Shown: positions 27,782 to 38,759 of the stretch, piece by piece
Layout of the letters: every line of letters begins with the position of its first letter
How positions within the stretch are numbered: the stretch's first letter is position 1
NCBI GenBank assembly: GCA_032718475.1
Contig: JAUCBJ010007575.1
Span: 1-59,846 of the forward strand
Source of the DNA: Nemertoderma westbladi
Lineage: Eukaryota > Animalia > Xenacoelomorpha
DNA length: 59,846 nucleotides
Direction: 5' to 3'
The notes under the pieces: generated by a model
Database searches by the model: none
The model's input: the letters and a program-made list of their open reading frames with translations, nothing else
What the model was told of the DNA's origin: nothing
Translations under genes and position numbers: made by a program

Positions 27782-28730
27782 ATGGGCGAAGCTCAAGCCG
27801 GAGGCACCGGTTATCACGGTTTAGGAATTGGTAAATTTACTGCCACTGACCCTTTGAATTCGGGTAAAGAGTTCACGAAATGGTTACGATCGCTGGAACG
27901 AGCGATGAGGTTAGCGAGATTTGTGGATCCTGAAACTAAACTCGATGCATTATTCTACGAATCGGGTCGATCATTGAAAGATATAGCGGAGCACCTACCT
28001 AACCTGCCTGCAATAGAACCGCCACGAAACGCGTACCAAGAAGTGACGGACAAGCTTACTGAATACTTCACTCCGCGCAGAAACGTATCGCACGCTACAA
28101 TGCTGTTCATCGATTGTTCGCAGTTCGAAGATCAGAGCACAGTCGATTATGTGGTTAAACTTCGCGAGTTAGCTGTAGACTGTGAGTTTGGCGACTTACC
28201 AGCAGTTAATCGCCGCTTGAAAGAGCAAGTTCTGTCAAAAGGAACAAATATGCGGCTGAAAGCCAAGGCAATTGAACAGGACTGGACAATCGACGAGATT
28301 GTAAGACATGCAAAGATTATGGAAGACTCTAAACTTCAATTGGCCGACATGAGCGAAACTACACGACTACTGCAGAAAGTCAAACTCGAGGAAACCGATA
28401 AGGCCAAGGAAGCCAAAAAGATCCAGCACCGATATTCTCACCTGAATATGAAAACCCGATTCGGAAATACAAGACCTGGAATATCTCAACAAAGTTCCGG
28501 TTCACAACAGAATCCACACAATGAGAGGAGTCAAGTTGACAACAATTATCGATACTCACACCAAACCAATCAGGCACCACAAACCGAATGATGCCTTGGG
28601 TGTAATAAACAACACAGAGGGCGCTATTGTCCAGCCCATAACAGTAGCTGTTTTATATGCGGACACACGGGCCATTGGCGGACACGATGTCCGCAAATTA
28701 ACCCACAAAATGCGTCCCTTTCAAGCTAGA
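27782..28730 (+). pseudogene. gag: Gypsy gag with a premature stop before two zinc knuckles
   Basis: Gag-like YFTPRRN..Q..DQSTVDYVVKLRELAVDCEFG. TGA at 28589-28591 is followed in frame by CLGCNKQHRGRYC and CFICGHTGHWRTRC. Confidence 0.8.
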
Positions 28731-30743
28731 GGAGGCAGATCTAATTATCGCCAGCAGTTTCATATGAACAGACCCATGGGTGGGCCACACTACAGCAAAA
28801 GAATAGATGGAGAAGATCTGGAAGAACAGGTTTTTGATGAAACTGGTACCGGTACCGGTGATCATTACTGCTCCTGTGTTGATGATTCCTACAAAGAGGA
28901 CCCCCAGTTTCCAGACGAGGATCCAGATTATTTCGGTGAATGGTGCCACAAAGTTATTGGCGACCCCTTCGAGGATGTTAGCTTACAACTGAAAATTAAT
29001 GGAACTCTGATATGGGTTGAAATAGACTCATGCTGCTCTGTAACGATGATGGATGCATTCACGTTTAATAATCTCTGGCCCAACGCCCCACGATTGCATC
29101 CTCCCTTACGACCAGCATTTACTTATTGTAATCATAAAATTCCTATAGAAGGTTGGTTTATGGCGGAAATATCAACCAAAAATGCATCTATACAAGACCG
29201 TATAATGGTTGTATCTGGTAAAAGTTCTTCAAAACCGCTAATTTCGGGAAAAACTGCACTTAACTTGGGTATTCTGGCTGTTGCCAGGAAGAATCATTGT
29301 TTTAGTAACAGCCCTGACTCTTTTGGAAACTTTTACAATTTCAATGATATCGCCAATGAATTAGTGTTTAAGAAAATAGATGCAGAGAAATCAACTAACA
29401 ATGCTGATAAGAATATGTTACCAATGAACATTGTACATTGTAATGAAATATTCAGATCCACCATTGGCAAGTATCTTCATGGTCAAGTTGAATTAATGAT
29501 AGACACGACGGTCAAACCCATTACCCAAACTCCACGGAAGATCCCATTCTGTTACCAGGAACGCCTAGAGCAACATTTGGACAAACTGCTAAAAGAGGAC
29601 ATCATCGAACACGCCCCAACTAACATCCCAACGACATGGGTATCCAATATTGTATGTGCTCCCAAACCGAAGGATTCAGACCCAAATGCCCTGAGATTTT
29701 GTCTGGACTGTCGAGCGGCTAATACAGCTATATACCGTAACAAGAATGATCTGCCCACATTCGATGATATACTGTTTGCTGTTACAGGCAGCACAGTTTT
29801 CAGTCATCTAGACCTCAATAATGGATACCATCAACTAGAACTGTCTGCAGAAAATAGACCTATCACTACCTTTTATACACACCTCGGAAACATGAGATAT
29901 AAACGCCTCCCATTTGGTATAATATCTGCCCAGTATGAGTTCGATTGGGTGATAAGGCGAACTATCTCTGGAATTACAGGGGCGAGGAATATCTCCGACG
30001 ACATAATTGTCTTTGGGAAAACCGCCCACGATCACGATATAGCTCTGCAGCTAGTATTGGAAGCATTACTAAGCGCTGGGCTTACACTGAAACGGGAGAA
30101 ATGCGAATTCAGAGTCTCTAAAACCAAGTTCTTTGGGATTATCTTGAGCAAGGACGGCATATCACCTAATCCCAGTAAAGTACAAGCCATAAAGGATATG
30201 CGACCACCCACATGCAAAGAAGATGTGAGATCTCTCTTAGCCATGGTAGGAGCATCCCGTATGTTTATTCCAAATTTCGCCATCCTCACTGCTCCACTGA
30301 GAGAATTGACCAAAGATGACGTGCCCTTCATCTGGAACAATGATCTAATGGAATGTTTTGAAGCGATTCGCCATTGCTTATCAGAACATTGTCTTTTGGG
30401 CCATTTTGACCCACAATCTCAAACGGAGCTTCATGTGGACTTTCACAAAACTGGAATCGGTGCCATTTTGGTTCAACTCGACAACAAAACTGGAGAATGG
30501 ATTCCAAAAATGTATGCCAGTAGATCTACCACAGGCCCAGAATCTAGATATAGTCAAATTGAGGGAGAATGTTTAGCTGTAAGGTGGGGATCAGACCGGT
30601 TTCGACTATTTCTATTGGGTAACCCATATACCATTATAACCGATCACAAACCTCTCGAGATAATGTTATCCAAGAAACACCCTCTAAAGAGTCTTCCTCT
30701 AAGAATAGAGAGATGGATCATGTATCTCCAAGAGTTCGACTAC
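28730..30743 (+). pseudogene. pol: Gypsy pol (protease, reverse transcriptase, RNase H), truncated
   Basis: Protease IDSCCSVT; RT LDLNNGYHQ, RLPFGI, NISDDIIVFG; RNase H YSQIEGECLA, TDHKPL. The last ~40 codons of the listed ORF are read-through into host repeat. Confidence 0.9.
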
Positions 30744-31397
30744 GAATTAAGGTTGAAATATGATATGCAGCCGTATAACCGTATAATAAGACTTAAAATA
30801 AACCTAATATCAGTTAAAATAATGCATGCAACCGTATTGGAAGTTCCAGTGCTTATGGCTGCACGTTATATTTAAACTGTATTCCAGAAAAGAGTTGTAA
30901 TTTAGTGTGGGCTGGTTTATCTAAACAGATAATTCTCAGAAAAGTTCGAGTAATTCCGATTATTTGAAAGTTTTCATTACTTGATATTGGAATAAATAGA
31001 AATATTGATGTAATTCATATCCAATTTAATTTGTATCACTAATTAATTGCAGTTAATACATCAAAGTTACGGTAAACAATCATAAAATTAGCATATAATG
31101 GTTGCTATGAAGCTATGCAGAAGAATCCAGACGTGTTTAAGAGATTATTTACTAAGTTAGTGATAGTTAGTTATAGAAGTATAAGTACGTTCGTCCTATA
31201 GGCCGCAAATCTGCAATAAGGTACTTTACTGCGTTAACAGTAAAACACTAGAACGCTGAAAAGTTCGCATAATATTGTTGCAAATGTACCAATTGTTGAT
31301 ATCGCACGTAAACCTTTTAGAGTTTATTTACGGCAGCAGTAGAGACAGCCTTCTTAGATGGGAGTCCATGCTGGTCTCTCACTTCAGAGTATACAAA

Positions 31398-32051
31398 AGT
31401 AGTAGGGTCTTGGTCCTCTCTGCGACAGTTAGACCACACTGACACCCATTGGGTGTCATATGACACCCAATTATCACCCTATGGGTGTCATTGGGTGTCG
31501 TTGGCGCCAGACTGTCTGGGTGACACCTCCCAATTAGGCTAATTAGACCCTAATTGACAGGTGTCATCAATTAATTAGTACAATTAAACCCTAACAGGTG
31601 TCATATGACTCCTAATTAGGGTTTAATTGATTATCCTAATTAATCAGACTGATTAGCGCCCTGACACACAATGGGTCATCAGTGTTGTCTAACTGTCGCA
31701 GAGAGGAGCAAGAGGGTGTCATAAGTGACACCGCAGCTCTTTTATTTATTAATACTTATTTATTTGTACCTAATTTTAATTAATTATTTGTATTCTATTT
31801 TACTTTATTTATTCATTTGTACTTTATTTTAAATTAATTAATTATTTGTATTCTATTTTACTTTATTTATTCATTTGTACTTTATTTTAAATTAATTAAT
31901 TATTTGTATTCTATTTTACTTTATTTATTCATTGGTACTTTATTTTAAATTAATTAATTGTATTACTTTTACTTTATACATTGATTTCTATTTTTAGATT
32001 AATTAGTTTTATTTTACCAACGAGATCACTATGACATAATGTCTATATTTA
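31398..32051 (+). repeat. left TIR of the Polinton-like element
   Basis: Reverse complement of 47710-48301, with three rather than two copies of a 58-bp AT-rich subrepeat. Confidence 0.95.
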
Positions 32052-32539
32052 TCGTTATAATGGCTATGGTATACGGCTCCCTACTGGCAACTATCAACTA
32101 CGTTCATCGGCGGGGAGCCCTCCTCTGCCATCATTATTCATTAAGTTGCACAACATGCATTGGATCTACACGTATACCCCCAAGGCAAATATAAATGAGC
32201 GGTCCCGTCTGTTAGCAGCCCCCTCGATGACTCACTAATAATCCCAACGCAGCTTTGACTACAGCAAATCCGTATACCGCTCAAGGCTATTGCTCTAGCG
32301 GCCCTCCTTTGTTCTCACTATAGCCGGCATCACTCGGGTCCTTTCCTATATCCAGGCAGCCCGTATCATAACAATGAAGCGCCTCTAATTACGCATTCCT
32401 CTCTACTAATCCCTTTCCTTTGCACCAGACCTGCTTCTGTTATATAGTCAACTCAACATAATTAGTCAAGATGCCTACAGGAGTTTTCTAATAGATTCAT
32501 CAACACGAGAAGTTGCCCTGGTTACCGCTTATGCATGAA

Positions 32540-32660
32540 CAACCAATCAGCGGGCTTCATTTCTACTGCTGCGTTCTGATTGGCTCATTTAAGAGACAAG
32601 GGCCTCCCTTACTAACCGAATTGCTATTTAATACATCCCCGCCAATTTATTAGATCATTA
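32540..32660 (+). promoter_or_regulatory. putative Pol II promoter for the pPolB transcription unit
   Basis: CCAAT at 32543, inverted CCAAT at 32579, TATTTAA at 32625, and Inr-like TCATT at 32655, 30 bp downstream. Confidence 0.5.
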
Positions 32661-32785
32661 TTTCAATTGCAAGTTACGATTAACATCATTTACCATTATT
32701 TTGTTTTTGAATTTAATATTATTTATTAAGAATATTTATTTGTTATCATCAGTCAACAACCCACTTATATAGTTGTATTATTGTC

Positions 32786-33595
32786 ATTTCGCCGCGTTAT
32801 CGCTCATCGTCGACAACAAACTTTCCGTGTATCCGTCGCGTAATATTCTTCCGATACCATTCCGTTCTATCGCTGTATCGGTAAATAAATTCTCTCGTCG
32901 TCCACATCAACCAACTTCCTCATCGCCACCGAACTTCCAAACTTCTTCTTTCCGTGAATATTAACTGCCACCGTAAGTCAAATCTACCTTCCACCATCTG
33001 ACGATACTATCGATGCCGATAGCAAACAATTCACATTTAGGCCTAATGTCTACCGATACAACAGTATTGCAGTAGGCTCATTATTAATTACTGTCAGACT
33101 GTGGTGGTAGCGATAGCCTAAACCGTGATCGAGGCATTCGATCAATAGGCCTACAGCTGTTTATCTGCTTACAGTATTTTTATCTTTTTACAAATAATCA
33201 ACTTATTTTTCTAGTGTAATTTCGCCGCGTTAACGCTCATTGTCAACATCGAACTTTCCGCTTAGCCGTCGCGTAATATTCCAATATTTCTAATTTCCGA
33301 TACCATTCCGTTCTATCGGTTAATAAACTCTCTCGTCGTCCACGTCAACCAACTTCCTCACGAGCTTCCAAACTTCATCTTTCCGTGAATATTTACTAAC
33401 ACCGTAAGTAAAATCTGCCTTCCACCATCTGACTGTACTATCGATGCCAGTAGCAAACAATTTACATTTATTATCTACCGGTACAACAGTATTGCAGTAG
33501 ACTCATTATTAATTACTGTCAGAATGCGGTGGTACCGATAGCCTAAACCGTGAACGAAGCATTCGATCAATAGGTCTACATTACCTATCTGCTTG
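32786..33595 (+). repeat. ~433-bp tandem duplication carrying putative non-coding leader exons
   Basis: Two copies (32786, 33219), each with a GTAAGT donor (32973, 33404). The acceptor block ending TTTTTCTAG at 33214 recurs at 34115. Confidence 0.7.
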
Positions 33596-34122
33596 TCTAC
33601 CCAACTACCGCTACCGGATCATTCGAGTTAGCCTACTGCCACTATAGTAGCGATATAGACCCTACTGAACAACAATGAATACTGCAGTTTTCACTATATA
33701 ACATACTGACTAACTGAGTTCTCACACAGCGATTAGCTAGGCCTATTGTTGATTTGTATTGGTTAACGCTACCGCTACGTCTGACTTCTAGCAGACTTTT
33801 CACTAGCACTATTGCACTGACTGACTGTTGACTGCTGTTTATAGACCCTCTTTCCACGAATAATAACTGCCATCGCTATTATGTCTTGGTTATCGCCACT
33901 ATCTAACCGCTGGTACACTAACACTACCACACTAGACACTACCGACCGTCTGCTTTATGTTTCACTGACTGATTGTTACAATACAGCAATAGGCCTAACT
34001 GTACAAACACAGTATTGTTGCCTAGTAACCAATTAATAACTACTGTTTTACTTTATTTTTAGCAAGTATATAGTATTTTTTTATCTTTTTACAAATAATC
34101 AACGTATTTTTCTAGATTCAAG

Positions 34123-37100
34123 ATGCCTATGTCTAGCAATAAAGTTAGCTGCCCCATCTGCGACAAAGAGATGCGGAGCGATACTTTATCCCGCCATATT
34201 AAAATTCATTTCGCGCAATATCGATGCGACTGCTGTCCGACTTGGTCCTCGGAAAAGAAGACGCTGGTTGGCCATCTTGTTTCGTGTCCTCAGGGGGGAA
34301 CAGGATTTAGTTACGTAAACGAGCCAGCCGATTGCCGCTGCGGGGATTCGCTCACCCTATCTTCCTTCACTGAGCATGAATGCTACACTCGACTTTTTTC
34401 GCGGAAACGCAAAACTCCGACTACCTCCCACTCATCCCCCATCAACTCTACTCCAGAACAAGTCGGCGGTGGCGACTCCAATAACGAACCTTCAACTTCG
34501 CGAGATTCTATTTCCCCAAACAATCCATTTCAACCACCCTCTAACGGAAGCGCACACGGACGACTGTTTACCTATAACAACGACCTCGCAGAAACAAGAC
34601 TCGACGCTGAATTAACATTAAACGAAAATTTTCCACACATTCAAGAACACGTTAGTAGCCATCTACAAAGTGCTTTGGGAACTTTTTTAAGAGTCTGGCT
34701 TACAATCAATATCGTAATGGAGCGTGAAACCAGCGAGGGTTTTCAAATTGAATCATTCTGTTTTAAATCTAGCGGTAACAATAATCAAATTCTAAGTAAT
34801 AGCGACTTTAATAACTGGTTTTCTAGCGCCGTCAATCGTATCGATCAGCTGTTAAGCGTGTTTCTCTGCCTCGGCTCGGGTTGGCGCATAATAGCCATCG
34901 AGCGAATAACTATTGAGATTGCGCGGTCCCAACGCAACCCCTATTTAAAGGGTCAAGGCTTCAATAATTCTAAATTATTATTAAATAAAAAATGTACCGT
35001 AAGCGTAGACTGCCCGCTGGGGGAATGCTTTAAATACGCAGTATTGGCCGCCGCAAATTATAAGAAAATTGATAGAAAAAATAATAATATTAGTAGAATT
35101 TCAACGTATACTCCTTTCCTAAACATGTTTGATTTTTCCAATTTAAGTTTCCCGGTGGACAGAGTAACTGGTATTCCCCAGTTTCTGAAAGCAAACCCTA
35201 TATACTGTATAAACCTTCTTTATTGGAGTAATACGGAAGAACTCTCCATTCTAAGTCAGCCAGATAGCGCGCACTGTTCCGGTAAAACTGTACTAAACTT
35301 ATTATTTATCGAAGCCACAAGCAAAAACCCCGCCCACTACGTAGCTATTACTAACATAGATAGACTAATAAATTCAAAAGATTCTAACGGTAACAAGACG
35401 CACTGCGAACGATGTCTCAGAGGCTTTTACACTGACAAATCATTGGAAGAACATCGAGAGCGGTGCTATACGGGTAATCGCCAACTCGAGTATATGCCCG
35501 AAAATCTCTTGGTTAAATTTGACAGATACGATAAGACTCTATCCCCTCCTTTCTGTATATACGCCGACATTGAAACTATTCTAGAACCTACAAACAATAT
35601 TAAACTCCCACAGAAACATATAGCTAGCGCGGCAGCCTTTTATACAGTACCAAATCAGAAATTAATTAACCCTCCTAAAACAGATGTTCAAATTTTCCAT
35701 GATGATGGCAGTAACCACGTAATGCGCAACTTTCTAACCGCTATGGAAAGTCATTGTAGGGAGTTATACGATTGGTCCATTTCTAGCACAAACACGCACG
35801 CCCCCATGCAACTCACTACTAGCCAACAAACTGACTTTAATAACGCTACACAATGCTACGTCTGCAACTGTAATTTAACCCCCGATTCGCATAATTTAAA
35901 CCTCAATGACAATCTCAGCACCAAAGTCCGCGATCACGATCATTATAGCGGGGAGTATCGAGGGGCTGCTTGCGTCAGCTGCAACAGGAAACTTTCCCTA
36001 AAACGGAATAATTTTTATATTATATTTCATAACTTGAGGAAATTCGATATGCATTTACTGCTAAAAGAAGGAATGACCGATAGTTCTAGAACACACTGGA
36101 AAATGACTGTAATACCAAAAAACACTGAAACTTATATTCACCTTAAAGTTAGCTTTCCAATCGATCCGAGTACACCAACAGCCAACGCTAAAGAAAGTAT
36201 CTCCATTAATTTTCTAGATTCCTATCAATTTATGACTGCCAGCCTAGATAATCTTAGTAGTTATCTCACTAAAAATAATAGTAACCTAGCAACAGCCATA
36301 CCCCATACACTAGCTCAAATGACCCAACTCTATCCCAATATTAGCGATAACACAATAAAAAACAAGGGCGTATTCCCATATTCCTACATTCAAAATATTT
36401 CAAACCTACACGAAACTACACTCCCCCCAATAGAAAGCTTCTATAATGATCTCAAATTGGAACAATGTAGCGCAGACAACTATCAGCGCGCGCTTACTAC
36501 TTGGGATGAATTAAACTGCGCAACAATCTTCGACTATATGATTGGCTATTTGGTTCTAGACGTTACCCTATTGGCTGATACTTTCGAGCAGTTCCGATCC
36601 CTCTGTCTTACTAATTATGGACTCGAGCCCGTAATGTACTTCACTGCCCCGGGATTAACTTACGACGCGGCGCTGAAATTTACGCAATCAGAAATTCAAT
36701 TACTATCAGACGCTTCCATCTACTCGGACTTTGAAACAAATATTAGGGGTGGTCTAGTTTTCTTGAATACACATTCCGTAGACGCAAGTATTCCCGATAA
36801 ACCCGACTACGACTCCAGTCTCCCCGAGAAATATCTAATTCCCATCGATGCGAATAACCTTTACGGCTGCGCCCTGAGCCAGAAACTTCCCTACGCTAAT
36901 ATTAAACTCGTAACTACCCCCATAGACCTAGCTACAGTAGACGCGAGTGGGGACACTGGTTATTATTGCATAGTTGATCTACATTACCCGAAAGAAATTC
37001 ATGATTTGACCGCCGATCTGCCTCTAGGAGCGGAGAAGATGTCAGTCCCTAAATCCTTTCTTAGCGAATACATGGAAGATCTTTGGGAGCATTACAATCT

Positions 37101-38175
37101 CACCGATACGGCTACCTGTAGACCATACAACGATACCTGTACTAAGCTACTACTACATCAGTTTAATAAGGTTGAATACGGTATCCATATTAAGCTACTT
37201 CAGCTCTATTTGAAGCTCGGTCTTAAACTTACACAAGTACATAGGGTCTACTCTTTCTCACAAAAATATATTTTCAAGGACTACATTAGTTTTAATACGA
37301 ATAAAAGACAGTCGGCAAATAACCCATTCGAGGTTCTATTTTATAAGTTGATGAACAATGCCTTGTATGGGAAATGCCTCCAAAAGGTTAGAGACCGCGT
37401 TTCGTTCAGGTTATGCAATAGCGACGAACAATGCGATTTGCTCTTAGCCAAGCCCAATCATGAATCGTTTGTTGTCTTTACCCCCAACTTGAGTGGTCAT
37501 ACTTTCACTAAAGAGGCTGTTTGCCTAAATCAGGGCGTGTTCATCGGTTGCACTATACTAGATCTATCTAAGCTACAGATGTACGACCTATTTTACAACA
37601 AACTGAAGCCTCTAGAACAAAAACTGGATTGTCAGATTCGCTGTCTTGCCGGTGACACGGATTCTCTAATGCTAAGCGTAACTAATGCACCACAGCTAAC
37701 CTTTCTACGGGCAATGTTTGAGGGTGGTTTCCTAGATACTTCCAACTACAGCACAACACATCCACTCTATACCATTAAACACAAAGCGGCTCTCGGCTTC
37801 GTAAAAAATGAGAGCTGCGGTCTGCAGTATAAACAGTGGGTTTTCCTTAAACCAAAGGTCTATAGTTTTCAATCCTATGATGCCCCAATCAAGAAAACCG
37901 CCAAAGGTGTATCTAGATCTGTTGTCGCTAAGCAACTAACACACGAGGATTATGCAGACTGTTTTGAAAACGAGGCAATGCTCTTCCGCTATAACTCTAC
38001 CTTCACTTCTAGAAAGCATCAAATTTTTACTGGTCATGTCTATAAGAAGGCACTAACGCTCTGGGATACGAAATCATATTGGAGTAGTAAATATAGCAGC
38101 AAACCATACGGGCACTATAGCACTAAGCTTGTTAGACCGGCGAAACGAGTAGTAATCCCCCCTACTAGGATTTAA
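34123..38175 (+). CDS. pPolB: protein-primed family B DNA polymerase (Polinton type), 1350 aa
   Basis: Exo motifs YADIET, FHNLRKFD, YLVLDV; polymerase motifs RGG, DANNLYG, KLMNNALYGK, GDTDS, KPKVY, KGV. Endonuclease-VII-like insert CYVC..RDHDHYSGEYRGAACVSCN. N-terminal zinc fingers and GSGW region. ORF uninterrupted. Confidence 0.96.
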   Translation: MPMSSNKVSCPICDKEMRSDTLSRHIKIHFAQYRCDCCPTWSSEKKTLVGHLVSCPQGGTGFSYVNEPADCRCGDSLTLSSFTEHECYTRLFSRKRKTPTTSHSSPINSTPEQVGGGDSNNEPSTSRDSISPNNPFQPPSNGSAHGRLFTYNNDLAETRLDAELTLNENFPHIQEHVSSHLQSALGTFLRVWLTINIVMERETSEGFQIESFCFKSSGNNNQILSNSDFNNWFSSAVNRIDQLLSVFLCLGSGWRIIAIERITIEIARSQRNPYLKGQGFNNSKLLLNKKCTVSVDCPLGECFKYAVLAAANYKKIDRKNNNISRISTYTPFLNMFDFSNLSFPVDRVTGIPQFLKANPIYCINLLYWSNTEELSILSQPDSAHCSGKTVLNLLFIEATSKNPAHYVAITNIDRLINSKDSNGNKTHCERCLRGFYTDKSLEEHRERCYTGNRQLEYMPENLLVKFDRYDKTLSPPFCIYADIETILEPTNNIKLPQKHIASAAAFYTVPNQKLINPPKTDVQIFHDDGSNHVMRNFLTAMESHCRELYDWSISSTNTHAPMQLTTSQQTDFNNATQCYVCNCNLTPDSHNLNLNDNLSTKVRDHDHYSGEYRGAACVSCNRKLSLKRNNFYIIFHNLRKFDMHLLLKEGMTDSSRTHWKMTVIPKNTETYIHLKVSFPIDPSTPTANAKESISINFLDSYQFMTASLDNLSSYLTKNNSNLATAIPHTLAQMTQLYPNISDNTIKNKGVFPYSYIQNISNLHETTLPPIESFYNDLKLEQCSADNYQRALTTWDELNCATIFDYMIGYLVLDVTLLADTFEQFRSLCLTNYGLEPVMYFTAPGLTYDAALKFTQSEIQLLSDASIYSDFETNIRGGLVFLNTHSVDASIPDKPDYDSSLPEKYLIPIDANNLYGCALSQKLPYANIKLVTTPIDLATVDASGDTGYYCIVDLHYPKEIHDLTADLPLGAEKMSVPKSFLSEYMEDLWEHYNLTDTATCRPYNDTCTKLLLHQFNKVEYGIHIKLLQLYLKLGLKLTQVHRVYSFSQKYIFKDYISFNTNKRQSANNPFEVLFYKLMNNALYGKCLQKVRDRVSFRLCNSDEQCDLLLAKPNHESFVVFTPNLSGHTFTKEAVCLNQGVFIGCTILDLSKLQMYDLFYNKLKPLEQKLDCQIRCLAGDTDSLMLSVTNAPQLTFLRAMFEGGFLDTSNYSTTHPLYTIKHKAALGFVKNESCGLQYKQWVFLKPKVYSFQSYDAPIKKTAKGVSRSVVAKQLTHEDYADCFENEAMLFRYNSTFTSRKHQIFTGHVYKKALTLWDTKSYWSSKYSSKPYGHYSTKLVRPAKRVVIPPTRI

Positions 38176-38189
38176 ATTTATTTTTCTAG

Positions 38190-38705
38190 AATAAGAAATT
38201 GAACAACAAAATAGAAATAACCAATAAACAGTTTACCGGAAAAAACATTGCCAAATTTGAACTAGAGAAAATTTCACAGCAAATTACAGGTCAAAGTTGC
38301 TTAAAACCAAACATGTTTATCTACAAAGGTGACGATTCAACTTTAATGCTATTTCCCAGCGGCGCAGTAACAATTGTAGGCCTATGCAATAATTTAGCTA
38401 GTGAATTGCTTTATTTAAAACAAACTATTGGTATACAATTACAAAATTTGAAACTTAATACCGAAACACGAACTATTATTTTTCCAAGTGTTAATTTTAA
38501 ATTATTAATGAAAAAATGTGGACATCATACAATTAATAATAAAGCAATATTTATTAGCTATACCCCCGAATTATTTTGCGCGATTAGAATATATATAGGA
38601 CGTGCATATTTCAGTGTATTTCATAGTAATAAAATCGTTTCCATGTGTCCTGCCGGTGAATTCCCCGGATCATTATCTATTTTACAAACTTTATTATTAA
38701 ATTAG
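38190..38705 (+). CDS. divergent TATA-binding-protein-like protein (~170 aa); no ATG at the ORF start, probably spliced
   Basis: Two TBP-like repeats: IEITNKQFT..FELEKI..TLMLFPSGAVTIVG and LKLNTETRT..VNFKLL..SYTPELFCAIRI..FSVFHSNKIV. Preceded by TTTTTCTAG (AG at 38188-38189). Confidence 0.7.
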   Translation, partial: NKKLNNKIEITNKQFTGKNIAKFELEKISQQITGQSCLKPNMFIYKGDDSTLMLFPSGAVTIVGLCNNLASELLYLKQTIGIQLQNLKLNTETRTIIFPSVNFKLLMKKCGHHTINNKAIFISYTPELFCAIRIYIGRAYFSVFHSNKIVSMCPAGEFPGSLSILQTLLLN

Positions 38706-38759
38706 TTTATTTACTATGGTATACATGAAAGTTTACTATATTATTTATTTTGTGTTGGT

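Larger units (their letters stand above)
27393..30743 (+). mobile_element. 3'-truncated Ty3/Gypsy LTR retrotransposon
   Basis: Putative 5' LTR beginning TGTA with AATAAA; PBS-like TGGCGACGA at ~27772; gag and pol follow. Ends after RNase H with no integrase or 3' LTR. Confidence 0.85.

Noticed and set aside
30744-30875. C-terminal tail of the 784-aa pol ORF
   Set aside because: Read-through into non-coding repeat paralogous to 17713-17845; not integrase.
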